A stretch of 64,000 bases of DNA from a virus: positions 1 through 64,000 of IMG/VR virus record IMGVR_UViG_3300035670_011224. One strand, given 5' to 3'. Each line of letters opens with the position of its first letter. The stretch's first letter is position 1. The translations under genes and the position numbers were made by a program. This document shows, in pieces, positions 1 to 10,905 of the stretch. The notes beneath the pieces were generated by a model. The model worked only from the letters and a program-made list of their open reading frames with translations, had not been told where the DNA came from and searched no databases.

Positions 1-2
1 GA

Positions 3-3000
3 TCTGAATTTTCGGTTGCTGATTCTGTTATACAAGCAAATAAAGCTGCTCAACAGCAAATAATACTACAAGAATTATTAGCACAAAAAGCTAAAGAAGC
101 TAATCAGTCTACAGCAGAATATATATCCGGACTACAACAAGAAATTGATGCTAGATCAGTTGATATTATGGAACAAGATTTTAGCAATGCTTTAGGGTCA
201 GAAGCTCCGTCGGTACCAGAAGCAAGACAACAAGCACTTAATGAAACAATTAGTTCCAGAGGACTACAAGCATTTAATGTTCCTAGTTTAGGAGAAGGTA
301 CTGATTTAAATAGTATTATTGCACAAGTATCAAAAAACAATGACCTTGCCGCCGAGGCAGACAAAGCCAAAGCAGCAGCTGCTACAAGAGCGGCTGACGC
401 ATTAGAACTCATGAGGCTCAAAGCAGAACAAAACGGACAAACACTATCACAGTATCAAAGTAATCTTAAACAAAATATTTTGAATCTTGCTAAAGATCTA
501 CAAAAATCAGCTCCTGGTAAAATTAGTAAGTTTAATGAAACTGCTGTTAGTTTACGAGGAGATATTAATAGTGGAGATGAAGATAAAATTACTAAAGCTA
601 AAGAACAATTAGCTAAACAATTAGCTGATCTTGGAACAAATCTTGAATCGTCTCAAATAACAACTATAATTGATGATTTAGCAGCAAGTATGGGAGATAC
701 CGATAAAACATTTGTTGATATTATTAATAATTCGCAAGAATTACAAGAAGCATTCAAACAATCATCAACAGATGCAACAGCTTTACAATCAGCAACCCAA
801 AAACTTAGCGTTAGTTTGGGTATTCCTGAGGAAGCTTTGCAAAAACTAGCAACTTCTGCCGAATTAGCAGCAAGTAATCTTTACGACAAGAACGTAGCAG
901 CTGCTCAAAAAATGGCGTCTACATTGGCTAAAACTAGTTTAGCTATTGGTGGAATAGGATCTGTCATATCGTCTACTATCAAATCATTAGGAGGGTCGGA
1001 AAATAAAGATACTGCTGTTCTTAGTGCTGGTATAAGTAGCGTAGCTAGTACCGTCAGTACATTAGGAGCTTCTCTAAGTCAATTACCAGGAGGTATAAAA
1101 TTTGTTTTAGATACTATGCAAGGAATGGGAGGCGGTATAGGTAAAGTAGCCACTAGTTTAGCTCCTAAGATAATGGGTTTTATAGCAAGTCCTATGGCTT
1201 TAGTCGGAGCATCGTTAGCGGGTGGGGCAGTTGCCATAGCAGCTGGTTTTAAAGAAGCATATAATGCTGCTAGAGAGTTTGATTTACAAACAAGTCAAAA
1301 AAGAGTAGACGAAAGTTTAAGTAGAGTAAGCGATCTATTTGCACAATTTGAAAAAGATACTACTAATATAGATTTTCTTAGTAAAATTGATAGTGAATTA
1401 AGTTACGGATCCAAACAGTTGATGAAAAATCTTGAAACTGATTTAAAAGTTCCAAAAGCAATGTGGGCTAATCTATTAGATCTTGGTGGTGGTTCGCAGG
1501 CTGCTGGTAGAAGTATGATATTGGAAAAAGAAGGTATTGGAAGCTATATCTCATCTGTATTTTCTAATAATGCTCAACAAGCGGCAATAGGCAGAATTGC
1601 ACCAGAAAAGGCCGTTGAAACAGCTCAAAAGGTTCAGCCACAAGGCCAAAATATATTAAAACAGTTCGAAAATAAACTTCGGTCCGGTATGGACATGGAT
1701 ACTATTCTTGCTGAATTAAATGCTGCTGGTAATCAATCAGCTGAAGTTCTTGCTAGAATGAATCCGAAAATCAATGAACAAATTATGTTGATAGAGAATG
1801 ATAGAAACATATCAGAACAACGCAAAAGCGCTATTATCAAAGAAATAACAGCATCCGAAGCTAACAGAGTTGCTAGTGTTAATATGAAAAATAGTATGAA
1901 ACAAATTGAGTTTGAGAAACTAGGTAGACAAACCAATAATTTTGCAACAAGTTTGGAAAGAATGTTTAATGGGATGGAACAGGCCATAAATAAAACAGAC
2001 TTTGAATTAAGTAAACTTTCTCGTTCAGCAGAATTATCAGCAGCAGCTTTAAGCGGAAATGCTAAGGCTGGAGATGTTATGCTCGACAGTATTAATGTGT
2101 TACAAAATCCAAGAGCATATTCAGGACAAGAGCAAGGAGCAGCTTTTGATCAAGCAGCAGGATTTTTTGGATCTCAAGCTGATCTTGTTAGGCCACTATT
2201 GGGACTTGGAGATAAGTTAGAAAGTACGGTAATGAGTACTATCAATCGTTCTGTTCAGGCTAATCCAACAGGTAGCACAGAAGGAATAGCGTCAAATATT
2301 AGAAATGCTCTAGATGCTCAATTAAAAGATTTAGGATTACCTCCTAATATAGCAGATAAGTTAGCAGGACAAACTAAATTAGCTTTTGAAAAGATAAGAA
2401 GCGAAAGAGGCGGAGAAGATACAAGATTAAACTTTGATCAGATAACAGAAGAAGTTCCCGCTTTTGCAAAAGCTATTAGCTCAGCACAAAGAGCACAAGA
2501 ATTAGCTGTTAAAGCTATGGAATTTTATCAAAAGAATCTTAATGAGTATGCTCAAGCTATGAATCAAATGGTTGATTTTCAGATAGAAGCTAATAATAGG
2601 ATGAGAAAAGCTAGCGAGGTTCAAGCTAAAGGAGCTATGGAACTAGCTAAAACATTAGGGCAAACAGTATCTTTAACAGAAACAAGAAATGTAACAGAAG
2701 CGCCAATAAGATCTATGACAGGAGGATTAACAAATCCTGGTGATATTGGTAGAAATGTTGTGAATTTAGAAGCTCAAAGACGAACCTTACAAACAGCTGC
2801 TGATAATGCTGGCAATAGAGGTCCGGCCGCAAAAGACGAATTCGCCGTTATGCAAAATCGACTAAGAAACACTAACGTGGCTCTTAGAGAAAATATTGAT
2901 GCATTAAAACAAATGGCGGATAGTACCGATTTAGCACAAGCAGCTCTAGCTAAAATTCAAGAGGTACAAGCTAGAAGACAAGCCGGAGCTAATCTTATAG

Positions 3001-6000
3001 AAAAAATGGTAACTTCTAATCCGGAAGAATTAGCCAGATTAAATGCTTCAATAGGACGATTAAATAACAATATGAGAGGCGGATTAAATGTTGGTAGCAC
3101 AGCAGAACAAAGAGGTGAAAGTTTACAGGCTTTTAATATGCTTGCTCCACTATTAGGAGATGGACAGCAACAAAATGAATTAAAAGCTAATGTGTTAGAA
3201 AGTATGCTTAAAGAAAGCGGTGTTGGTATAGATAGTACTTTTCAATCAGTTTTGGACAGTTTAAGAGATCCCGAAGGTGATCCTCAAATGGCAGAAGCTA
3301 TTAGTGTTTATAGAGAAAGTTTAGCTAAACAAACACAAGCTAATACTGTATTAAGTGAATTACAAAGAATGATGAGCGAGAATACCGCAGAAATAGCAGC
3401 AACAAAACTAGCAACAGCAATTAGTGGTGTTACTTTAACTTTTGAACGACAAGTATTTAATGATATAAGAGACAATATACAAAAATTAGTGGAGATCGTA
3501 GGTAAAAGAGACGAAGAAGGAAAAGACCCTATTCCTGCTCAAAACAAACGCAAAGGAGGTGTAATATACGCATCAATGGGCAGGGCTATTGATTTTGCCC
3601 CAAAAGGAACTGATACTGTTCCTGCAATGTTGACTCCCGGAGAGTTTGTGGTTAATCGAGCAGCAACAAAAGCTAATCTTCCATTATTACAAAATATTAA
3701 TAGTAACAAATATAGTAATGGGGGAAAAGTAAGATACTACAATGAGGGAGGATATGTTTTAGCTGGAGGAGTAGCAACTGCTGGAACCGGAGGAGGTGAT
3801 GATACGCCTAAAATAGAAAAAGCTATCGAACAATCTACAGAAAAACAACAAAAAATTAAACAAAATCAAAAGTCGATTACTATTCCTATTATTCCAGATA
3901 CGGCCAGTTATGCTCCTAAGCTTATATCGATGGGAAGTATCCTAAATGCAACTCCAATAGCCACACAAGAAGATGGCAATAATACAGGCATAGGCGTTAC
4001 ATATCCTGTTATACAAAAATTAAAAAATAGAGGCGCTTTCGATATGGGTATGTTTAAGGATAACTATTATAATAATCCACAAGGTCAGCTACCAAATCCA
4101 CCCATATATCAACCTAATTTATTTTATGGAGTTAAATCCATTAAAGATATTCTTAATAAAGAAGCTGATATTGATGTATCCAAAGCAACAACACCACTGA
4201 ATAGATTATTTGATCTTTTAAGAACATTAAGAAAAGGACCTAAAAATAATGATTTAGAGATATTTCTTGCTCGTAATCCAAAAATGTTATCTAATTTACC
4301 AAAATTACAACCGAAAAAAAATTTGCAATGGGATGGATCGAAACCAATAGGCTGGGGTGAAGAAATTTCTAATACATTAATATCTCCACCTATACCATAT
4401 TGGGGATTATTTTTAGATAATAATCAACCAATTTCTGCAGGAGGATATGGTGGTATCGGATATGATATAAAAGGAGCCATAACAGATAGTCCACTTGCTT
4501 TTGCTCCTGGTTTGGAAAAGACATACAGTTTTAAACTACGAGGAGATCAAAAAGCATTATCAGAAAATATGGAAGAAAAAAAGAACTATTTGATGAATAC
4601 GCTTGAGATAATTAAAAAGGTTCGAGGTGTACTTAAAACAGCATCGTCTAATAACGTATGGAATAAAAAATACCAAAATACAGAGTTGGGACAGTTAGAT
4701 CAAAAAGCTAAAGATGATTATAAAATTAATATTGGTGAAGATGATCCTATGGAGGATAATATAAAAGAAGATTCTAGTGATAATATTAAGGTTAAAGAAA
4801 CTTTAGCTAAACTAGATGCGTTATATAACAATAAAATATTTAGTGCAAGTATTGAGGATCCTGATTATGTTAAATTACCAACAACACTATATAATATGCC
4901 AAAAGATAAATGGGAAACTATTCAATCAAATCCTAGTTATAAGCAAGCAGTAGATGATAAAACAGCCATGTCCGATTGGGATTATGCTATAAGTATTCTG
5001 CCTATAGTTGATGGTCAACCAGACATCGGAAACAAACGTCAATTTCCATGGTATACAAATGATACAAAATTAGATCCTAATATTTTTAAATCAGCAGAAA
5101 AAGAATTTAATACACAAGCTGGAGATGCTTTATTTAAGGTAACAGAAACACCAATTGGATCTGCTGGTGGTCGCTTTTTAATTCCAGCAAAAACTATAAC
5201 AGGTAACCTACTAAATACAACATCGCGAAACTATGGTGGGCCTTACGAATATACTTATATTCCACCAAAAGCCGGAGATCCAAAATTAAATCCATTGTAT
5301 AATACAGAGAAGCCGATACTGTATACTGGAACAAATCTTAATGAATATTTAGGCGCTAGATTACCATCATGGAATATTGAGACAAGACAAGAGGTAGCCC
5401 CAACTATAGAAGACCTTGGGACTTTGCCAAGTTTAATATTGAACGGAAACCCAATAGGAGGCGTAAGTAGAATCGATACCAGTCAATTTAGTATAGTTAA
5501 AGATTTACCAGAAGATATTAAACCATATATTATACCATCTAGTGATGGTATGACTCCTATTTTAGAACGTATGACTATTGATGCTACAGAATACCAAAAA
5601 GCAAGAGACGAAAGAATAAAAGCTAAAGAAATGCAGTTGACTAAAGAAAGAGCCTCAAAAGTTACAGGAGATAGATTCAAAAAATTATCAACAGCAGAAA
5701 GCGCATTTACAACAGCAACAAGAACAAAATTAGCACAACAAATACAGGGATATGCATCTACTGCATTGAGTGCCTACGGAATCGGAGTTCCCAGCATAAC
5801 AAAAATAGAAGATGTTGGAGGTGTTGCTGGATATTTAAATAATTATCTCAAAAAAATAGATAATAAATCTCCTCAATGGGCAGAAATTAACGCTTGGAGA
5901 GCACTATTTAGCGAATTATATCAACCAGGAGGTATAGGTAAAGATGCAGAAAGCAGAATACCAGCCACTGTAGCATATTTGAAAACTTTTGGTGTCGATG

Positions 6001-7316
6001 TTGAAAATGGAACAGTTAACGAAGATGGAATTAAACAAATTATAGCAAGAGAAAAAGCTATAGCTATTAGTAAAAATGTCAGTGGAGAAATACCAGAAGA
6101 TTCATTAAAAAGTTTAGATTTGGAAGCATCAAAAACAAAGCTATATACTGTTGATAAAGATGGTAATAAAACAGAAATAAAATCTGATAATATAAAAAAT
6201 CCTAAAACTATTCAGGATGTTGAACGTATAGGATTAGCTCCAGAAAATTTATTTGAAAATAGCGAAAAACGACAGAGCTATCTTAAGGTTTTATCCGATT
6301 ATTTTACTAAAAATAATTTATCAGAATTTGCAGCAGCAGCAGAGGGTCTTAAACCATGGTACACGGCGCAAGACACTTTATTAAATGCTGGATTAAATAA
6401 TGATATGTTACAAGGCAGTTTAGATGCTCTCAATGGTAATGCCCCCAAACCAGATACTACGGCTGGTGGTGGTAGGAATTTAGAAGATCCTGTTACAACT
6501 ATTGGGAATAAAGATAATTATATTCAGCATCATAAGTTATTAACCGCAGATAAATATGGCGAATTACCAGACGCTAGCAGAATGAAAGATTTAATAACAG
6601 TTAGAATAGAAGAGTCTAAAACAGAAGAACAAAAACCAGAAAAACAACAAGCTCTTGCTCGTGGAGGTATAGTATACGCTAGCAATGGGAGCTTTATTAA
6701 TTTTAGACCAAAAGGAACAGATACTGTTCCGGCCATGCTAACTCCTGGTGAATTTGTTATTAACAGAGCTTCGACTCAAAAATACAGACCAGTCCTTGAA
6801 GCTATTAATAATGGGAATTATAGCAGAGGAGGTATTGTAAACTATCTTAGCGGTGGTGGCTATTTGCCACTATACAGAGAAGGCGGAGGAGGAACACCGG
6901 CCGGATCCGGTTTCGATTTTACCTCTTTTATGAACAATATTATGGTATCTGTTTCTAGTAGTATAACAGAAGCTTTCAATAAAGCTGTTTCGGCACTAAA
7001 ACAACCAAACAATAGCTCTGGTGGTGTATCTAACAGTGGCGGTGATATTTCTAGTATTGATAATTTTGTTAATAGATTAAATAATATCGCCAATATACTT
7101 AGTAATATTTATATACCTCCACAAATTACTATCACAGGAAAACACGATGTTGTTGTTACTATCAACGGAGACACAGTTTTGAATCAATTACGACCAGACA
7201 TGGCAGGAATAGCCATATCTGCTATAAGATCCGCTTTCCAAGATCTAAAAGCTAAAAATCCAGAAAATAATACTATCAACTTTGATATAGATATTAACCC
7301 TAATGATATTGCATAG
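3..7316 (+). CDS. Tape-measure-like protein (5'-truncated, >2400 aa)
   Basis: The frame is open from nt 3, so the real start lies upstream of the window. The N-half is long, Ala/Gln/Leu-rich and helical, with a Gly-rich hydrophobic segment. It has two copies of the GTDTVPAMLTPGEFV(V/I)N motif seen in tape-measure C-terminal regions and sits ahead of tail genes. Confidence 0.8.
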   Translation, partial: SEFSVADSVIQANKAAQQQIILQELLAQKAKEANQSTAEYISGLQQEIDARSVDIMEQDFSNALGSEAPSVPEARQQALNETISSRGLQAFNVPSLGEGTDLNSIIAQVSKNNDLAAEADKAKAAAATRAADALELMRLKAEQNGQTLSQYQSNLKQNILNLAKDLQKSAPGKISKFNETAVSLRGDINSGDEDKITKAKEQLAKQLADLGTNLESSQITTIIDDLAASMGDTDKTFVDIINNSQELQEAFKQSSTDATALQSATQKLSVSLGIPEEALQKLATSAELAASNLYDKNVAAAQKMASTLAKTSLAIGGIGSVISSTIKSLGGSENKDTAVLSAGISSVASTVSTLGASLSQLPGGIKFVLDTMQGMGGGIGKVATSLAPKIMGFIASPMALVGASLAGGAVAIAAGFKEAYNAAREFDLQTSQKRVDESLSRVSDLFAQFEKDTTNIDFLSKIDSELSYGSKQLMKNLETDLKVPKAMWANLLDLGGGSQAAGRSMILEKEGIGSYISSVFSNNAQQAAIGRIAPEKAVETAQKVQPQGQNILKQFENKLRSGMDMDTILAELNAAGNQSAEVLARMNPKINEQIMLIENDRNISEQRKSAIIKEITASEANRVASVNMKNSMKQIEFEKLGRQTNNFATSLERMFNGMEQAINKTDFELSKLSRSAELSAAALSGNAKAGDVMLDSINVLQNPRAYSGQEQGAAFDQAAGFFGSQADLVRPLLGLGDKLESTVMSTINRSVQANPTGSTEGIASNIRNALDAQLKDLGLPPNIADKLAGQTKLAFEKIRSERGGEDTRLNFDQITEEVPAFAKAISSAQRAQELAVKAMEFYQKNLNEYAQAMNQMVDFQIEANNRMRKASEVQAKGAMELAKTLGQTVSLTETRNVTEAPIRSMTGGLTNPGDIGRNVVNLEAQRRTLQTAADNAGNRGPAAKDEFAVMQNRLRNTNVALRENIDALKQMADSTDLAQAALAKIQEVQARRQAGANLIEKMVTSNPEELARLNASIGRLNNNMRGGLNVGSTAEQRGESLQAFNMLAPLLGDGQQQNELKANVLESMLKESGVGIDSTFQSVLDSLRDPEGDPQMAEAISVYRESLAKQTQANTVLSELQRMMSENTAEIAATKLATAISGVTLTFERQVFNDIRDNIQKLVEIVGKRDEEGKDPIPAQNKRKGGVIYASMGRAIDFAPKGTDTVPAMLTPGEFVVNRAATKANLPLLQNINSNKYSNGGKVRYYNEGGYVLAGGVATAGTGGGDDTPKIEKAIEQSTEKQQKIKQNQKSITIPIIPDTASYAPKLISMGSILNATPIATQEDGNNTGIGVTYPVIQKLKNRGAFDMGMFKDNYYNNPQGQLPNPPIYQPNLFYGVKSIKDILNKEADIDVSKATTPLNRLFDLLRTLRKGPKNNDLEIFLARNPKMLSNLPKLQPKKNLQWDGSKPIGWGEEISNTLISPPIPYWGLFLDNNQPISAGGYGGIGYDIKGAITDSPLAFAPGLEKTYSFKLRGDQKALSENMEEKKNYLMNTLEIIKKVRGVLKTASSNNVWNKKYQNTELGQLDQKAKDDYKINIGEDDPMEDNIKEDSSDNIKVKETLAKLDALYNNKIFSASIEDPDYVKLPTTLYNMPKDKWETIQSNPSYKQAVDDKTAMSDWDYAISILPIVDGQPDIGNKRQFPWYTNDTKLDPNIFKSAEKEFNTQAGDALFKVTETPIGSAGGRFLIPAKTITGNLLNTTSRNYGGPYEYTYIPPKAGDPKLNPLYNTEKPILYTGTNLNEYLGARLPSWNIETRQEVAPTIEDLGTLPSLILNGNPIGGVSRIDTSQFSIVKDLPEDIKPYIIPSSDGMTPILERMTIDATEYQKARDERIKAKEMQLTKERASKVTGDRFKKLSTAESAFTTATRTKLAQQIQGYASTALSAYGIGVPSITKIEDVGGVAGYLNNYLKKIDNKSPQWAEINAWRALFSELYQPGGIGKDAESRIPATVAYLKTFGVDVENGTVNEDGIKQIIAREKAIAISKNVSGEIPEDSLKSLDLEASKTKLYTVDKDGNKTEIKSDNIKNPKTIQDVERIGLAPENLFENSEKRQSYLKVLSDYFTKNNLSEFAAAAEGLKPWYTAQDTLLNAGLNNDMLQGSLDALNGNAPKPDTTAGGGRNLEDPVTTIGNKDNYIQHHKLLTADKYGELPDASRMKDLITVRIEESKTEEQKPEKQQALARGGIVYASNGSFINFRPKGTDTVPAMLTPGEFVINRASTQKYRPVLEAINNGNYSRGGIVNYLSGGGYLPLYREGGGGTPAGSGFDFTSFMNNIMVSVSSSITEAFNKAVSALKQPNNSSGGVSNSGGDISSIDNFVNRLNNIANILSNIYIPPQITITGKHDVVVTINGDTVLNQLRPDMAGIAISAIRSAFQDLKAKNPENNTINFDIDINPNDIA
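3555..6866 (+). repeat. Two dispersed copies (~3555-3760 and ~6663-6866) of a ~68-aa GG(V/I)(I/V)YAS..KGTDTVPAMLTPGEFV module
   Basis: Direct protein comparison. The DNA copies are similar but diverged at synonymous sites. Confidence 0.9.
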
Positions 7317-7322
7317 GCTAAT

Positions 7323-10300
7323 ATGAATAAAATTACTAAAATATTTAATAACATAGGATTTCTTTGTTCTGTTAGTAATAACACTTTTATTCAGCATAAT
7401 GCTATTAATGGCTATAAAGCATTAGAACAAGATACTATTGGATATTTTATTCCATACTTAATTCGTAATATTAAAGATGGATACAAATGGGAAACCGGAG
7501 TTGGCGAAATACAGTATAGTGATGGTTTATTAGTAGTTAAAAGAATAGAAGTTACAAATTCATCAAATAATAACAAACCAGTTAATTTTATTGGTAATGA
7601 AAATGAGTTTTATCTTTTTGTAAATAATAATAATTTTAATAGTAGTTTTAATAATGTTATTGTTAAGAACGATCATTTTACTATCGATAATGTAACAAGC
7701 ATTTATTTGGTAGATAACAATGATAAAAATATTGATTGTGTATTACCAGACCCTAAAAAAGCTAGAAATATTGTTATAGATATCAAAGCACTGTCTTCTG
7801 CTCACAACATAATAATTAGAGATTGTGATGGTTTAATTTTTGAGTCAACAAGCACATCAACCAGGCTGGTTTGCGATGGACAAGCATGGTATTCTCTTAA
7901 TCAAAATGATCAATTAAATTTTGCTTCGTTATCAGATGACTCTTTTTCGTCGTTAAGTAATCCTGGTGGAGCAGCATATTCTTTTCAATATAATGATGGA
8001 TCCAATGGCTTATTAGGCTCCGAATTGTATTGGAGTTCTGGAAATACTAATAAATTATTATTAGGATCAAGCTCAGAATCTTTGGCCCATACTGTTATAC
8101 CAACTTCTGGTTCAGCAAACACAATATTTAATCAAGATTTGCAACCGAGTGATTTTATAGTTTATGGCAGTGGGCAACCATATCGAAATCTTTTCTTTAG
8201 TTATGATGGTAGGGTTGGTATAAATATTCCATCAGGATCCAGACCACAAACTATTTTTCATGTTGTAAATTATAGTTGCAGTGAAATATTAAGACTGGAA
8301 AATAGAACAACTTGTCAACCAGCAAAATTAACAGTTTATCACAAACCATCATCACTTAGTAATGGTGGAGTATGTTCTATATTAAACTTAGCTGGAAGAG
8401 ATGTTAATAATAATCAAAAAGATTATGCAACCATATATAGTATAGCGTCTGACACTACCAACGGTAATGGTGGGTTGGTATTGACTGTTAGTTCTGGTTC
8501 GAGTCAACAGCCACTAGTGTCCGGAAGCTTAGATAGCATTAATCTTGGTTATAGTAATAATAAAAGAATAAATATTAATAATAATGGTAATGTAAATATT
8601 TCTGGTGATAATATTGATATTAGATCATCTACCCTAAGTACTATTGGAACATCTAATACATATATAACGCTTAATAATACCAATAGAAGCATATCTTTAG
8701 ACTATAATTCGCTGCTTTTGGGTACGGGATCCATCACCAGCAACGGCACCTTATCTGCTAATAATATTAGTTCTAATACCATAACACTACCCAATATAGC
8801 AACTAGTAGTTTGTTGACCATATCTAATAATAAGACTATTGTTCCAGTTAATGGTATAACAGTTAATAGTGGAAATAATGGCTTAATCTTTAATAATATA
8901 TCTGGTAATAAATTTTTAACCACAGACAGTACCAACAATCTTGTTGGATTATATGATTTAGATGATTATTTTCTAACAGAAAAAGATATAACCTGGAACA
9001 AATATACTCCAAAAATAGCTAGTGTGTGTTTAAAACAAGTTATTTTATCTGAGAATACTCCAATAGAAGAATTTAGTGTTGGAGATCAGGTAGAAATTAT
9101 TACTAGTAATAGTTCTATATATAGGAATATAACATCCTTAGTAACCAACGAAGCTTTCATAACAGAAATAATTTTAGATCAAAATGTTTCTACCAATGAA
9201 ATTAATAATATTACTATTTCTTCAGTAACAAAGGGTGGCTATTTAACAATTCAAAAATTTTCTTCTGAATCTTCATCGGATAGCACATCGAATATTCTTA
9301 GCGTAAGACCAAAAACGGAGACAGTCTTTAATACTGCTCAAAAAGATATTGATTTTACAGTTTATGGTGCTGATATTAGACCAGCACTAAAAGTACATGC
9401 TAGTGTAGGATCTATCACAACGGTTTCTGGAACATATTATAATTTTGCCACTAAAGACGATAATATAAAACCTATTGTAATAAATACTGTTGGTAGCGGT
9501 TTAACTAATAATTTTAGCACAGCTAATTATAACTATAGCTTAACTAATAATTTATTTAGTGGTATACTATCTTCTGTTGGTACTAATGGTAAGAGTAGTT
9601 ATTATGGAACATATGATCAAAATGGTAATGTTGCAGAGTGGATAGAGTCCGATATTACGGATGGTATAGTAACATTAGAATATGCTGCTGGCGGATCCTA
9701 CAGAACACCTGTTACTGGCAGCGTATCTCCGGATGCTGATTCTATCTATTTAAGAGGAATACAGCAATTTCCGATTATTTCCGGATACGATTACGTTGGT
9801 TTTAGAGTAGCTAGCATTAGTAATCTAGTTGATAATGCCAATATATCAAATAGTTCAAGTTTAAATTTAAGTTTTGTAAATATTATTAATGAGAATAATA
9901 TAGCAGATACAAAGGATCTGTACTTACAATTTTCTAACAATACTTATCAAAATATTATTATTCCAAATCTTGGTGTTGTGGATAAAAATTATCGTATAGG
10001 CAGATACGAGGTTACTAATAAGCAATATGTTCAATTCTTAAATAGTGTAGCAACCACTGTTGGAGATCCTGTTACTACCGGATTATATAATCCAAATATG
10101 ACAAATGCTCAAAATGGTGGTATACTAAGATCTACTAATGGTTTAGTATTTGAATATTCAATAAAACCAAATATGGAAGATAAACCTGTTAATTATGTTA
10201 ATTATATTAATAGCTTGCAATTTATTAATTGGTTACATAATGACGCTCCAGAAGAAGTTAGTTCAAATGATGCAAATAGTATTATTAATGATGGTGCATA

Positions 10301-10892
10301 TACAATATTATTAGCTGGTAGTACTTATTATATAACAGCTAATAATAATAGAAAGTATTTCTTACCCAGCTTTAACCAATGGCATAAAGCTGCGTATTTC
10401 GAATACCAGGAATCAATCTTTGTTAGTGGTTCACCAGCTATTACAATGGGTACTTTTGAGCCGTATGTTGTAGCAACAGAATTGTTATCTGAAAACAGTA
10501 CCGATCCACCAAAACAAGTTTTAGCTAATTTAACTGTTAGTGGTTGGTTGGTGGTTGATAAGATTTTTGTAAGAGACGGTACCGTTAGATCCTCATTGAA
10601 AGATATTGGATTCGTACCAGATCTTACCGCCGACACTATAGAACAACAAGCGGCTGGCGTAATACCTCCGTTAAGCACAGATGTCGGAGGTATCAATAGC
10701 GATACATTCTGGAATAATAATACTTCATCGAGTTGGGGTGGTGGAGGTGGTATATATGGCGAAACTAATCCACCTCCCATTGTTAATGCGGATGGAACAG
10801 AAAACGAAGGAGATTGTGAAGATGAAAATTTAATTGCTACAAATAATATTCCGCATTGGTGTCGAGACGATGGTAGACCCGGTTTATTCTAA
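7323..10892 (+). CDS. Tail fibre/adhesin-like protein with an inserted, circularly permuted FGE-sulfatase (SUMF1/CLec-fold) domain
   Basis: N-terminal WETGVG...SSNNNKPVNF fibre-type motif and an Asn/Ser-rich beta region. GTYDQNGNVAEW...GGSY...GFRVAS comes before YRIGRYEVTN...PVNYV...NWLHN...LPSFNQWHKAAY. Confidence 0.75.
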   Translation: MNKITKIFNNIGFLCSVSNNTFIQHNAINGYKALEQDTIGYFIPYLIRNIKDGYKWETGVGEIQYSDGLLVVKRIEVTNSSNNNKPVNFIGNENEFYLFVNNNNFNSSFNNVIVKNDHFTIDNVTSIYLVDNNDKNIDCVLPDPKKARNIVIDIKALSSAHNIIIRDCDGLIFESTSTSTRLVCDGQAWYSLNQNDQLNFASLSDDSFSSLSNPGGAAYSFQYNDGSNGLLGSELYWSSGNTNKLLLGSSSESLAHTVIPTSGSANTIFNQDLQPSDFIVYGSGQPYRNLFFSYDGRVGINIPSGSRPQTIFHVVNYSCSEILRLENRTTCQPAKLTVYHKPSSLSNGGVCSILNLAGRDVNNNQKDYATIYSIASDTTNGNGGLVLTVSSGSSQQPLVSGSLDSINLGYSNNKRININNNGNVNISGDNIDIRSSTLSTIGTSNTYITLNNTNRSISLDYNSLLLGTGSITSNGTLSANNISSNTITLPNIATSSLLTISNNKTIVPVNGITVNSGNNGLIFNNISGNKFLTTDSTNNLVGLYDLDDYFLTEKDITWNKYTPKIASVCLKQVILSENTPIEEFSVGDQVEIITSNSSIYRNITSLVTNEAFITEIILDQNVSTNEINNITISSVTKGGYLTIQKFSSESSSDSTSNILSVRPKTETVFNTAQKDIDFTVYGADIRPALKVHASVGSITTVSGTYYNFATKDDNIKPIVINTVGSGLTNNFSTANYNYSLTNNLFSGILSSVGTNGKSSYYGTYDQNGNVAEWIESDITDGIVTLEYAAGGSYRTPVTGSVSPDADSIYLRGIQQFPIISGYDYVGFRVASISNLVDNANISNSSSLNLSFVNIINENNIADTKDLYLQFSNNTYQNIIIPNLGVVDKNYRIGRYEVTNKQYVQFLNSVATTVGDPVTTGLYNPNMTNAQNGGILRSTNGLVFEYSIKPNMEDKPVNYVNYINSLQFINWLHNDAPEEVSSNDANSIINDGAYTILLAGSTYYITANNNRKYFLPSFNQWHKAAYFEYQESIFVSGSPAITMGTFEPYVVATELLSENSTDPPKQVLANLTVSGWLVVDKIFVRDGTVRSSLKDIGFVPDLTADTIEQQAAGVIPPLSTDVGGINSDTFWNNNTSSSWGGGGGIYGETNPPPIVNADGTENEGDCEDENLIATNNIPHWCRDDGRPGLF

Positions 10893-10905
10893 GTGAGGAG
10901 TTTAT

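Noticed and set aside
9690-9815. Diversity-generating retroelement targeting the CLec domain
   Set aside because: No reverse transcriptase and no template repeat with adenine-specific differences were seen in this window. The Asp-box repeat differences are not A-restricted.
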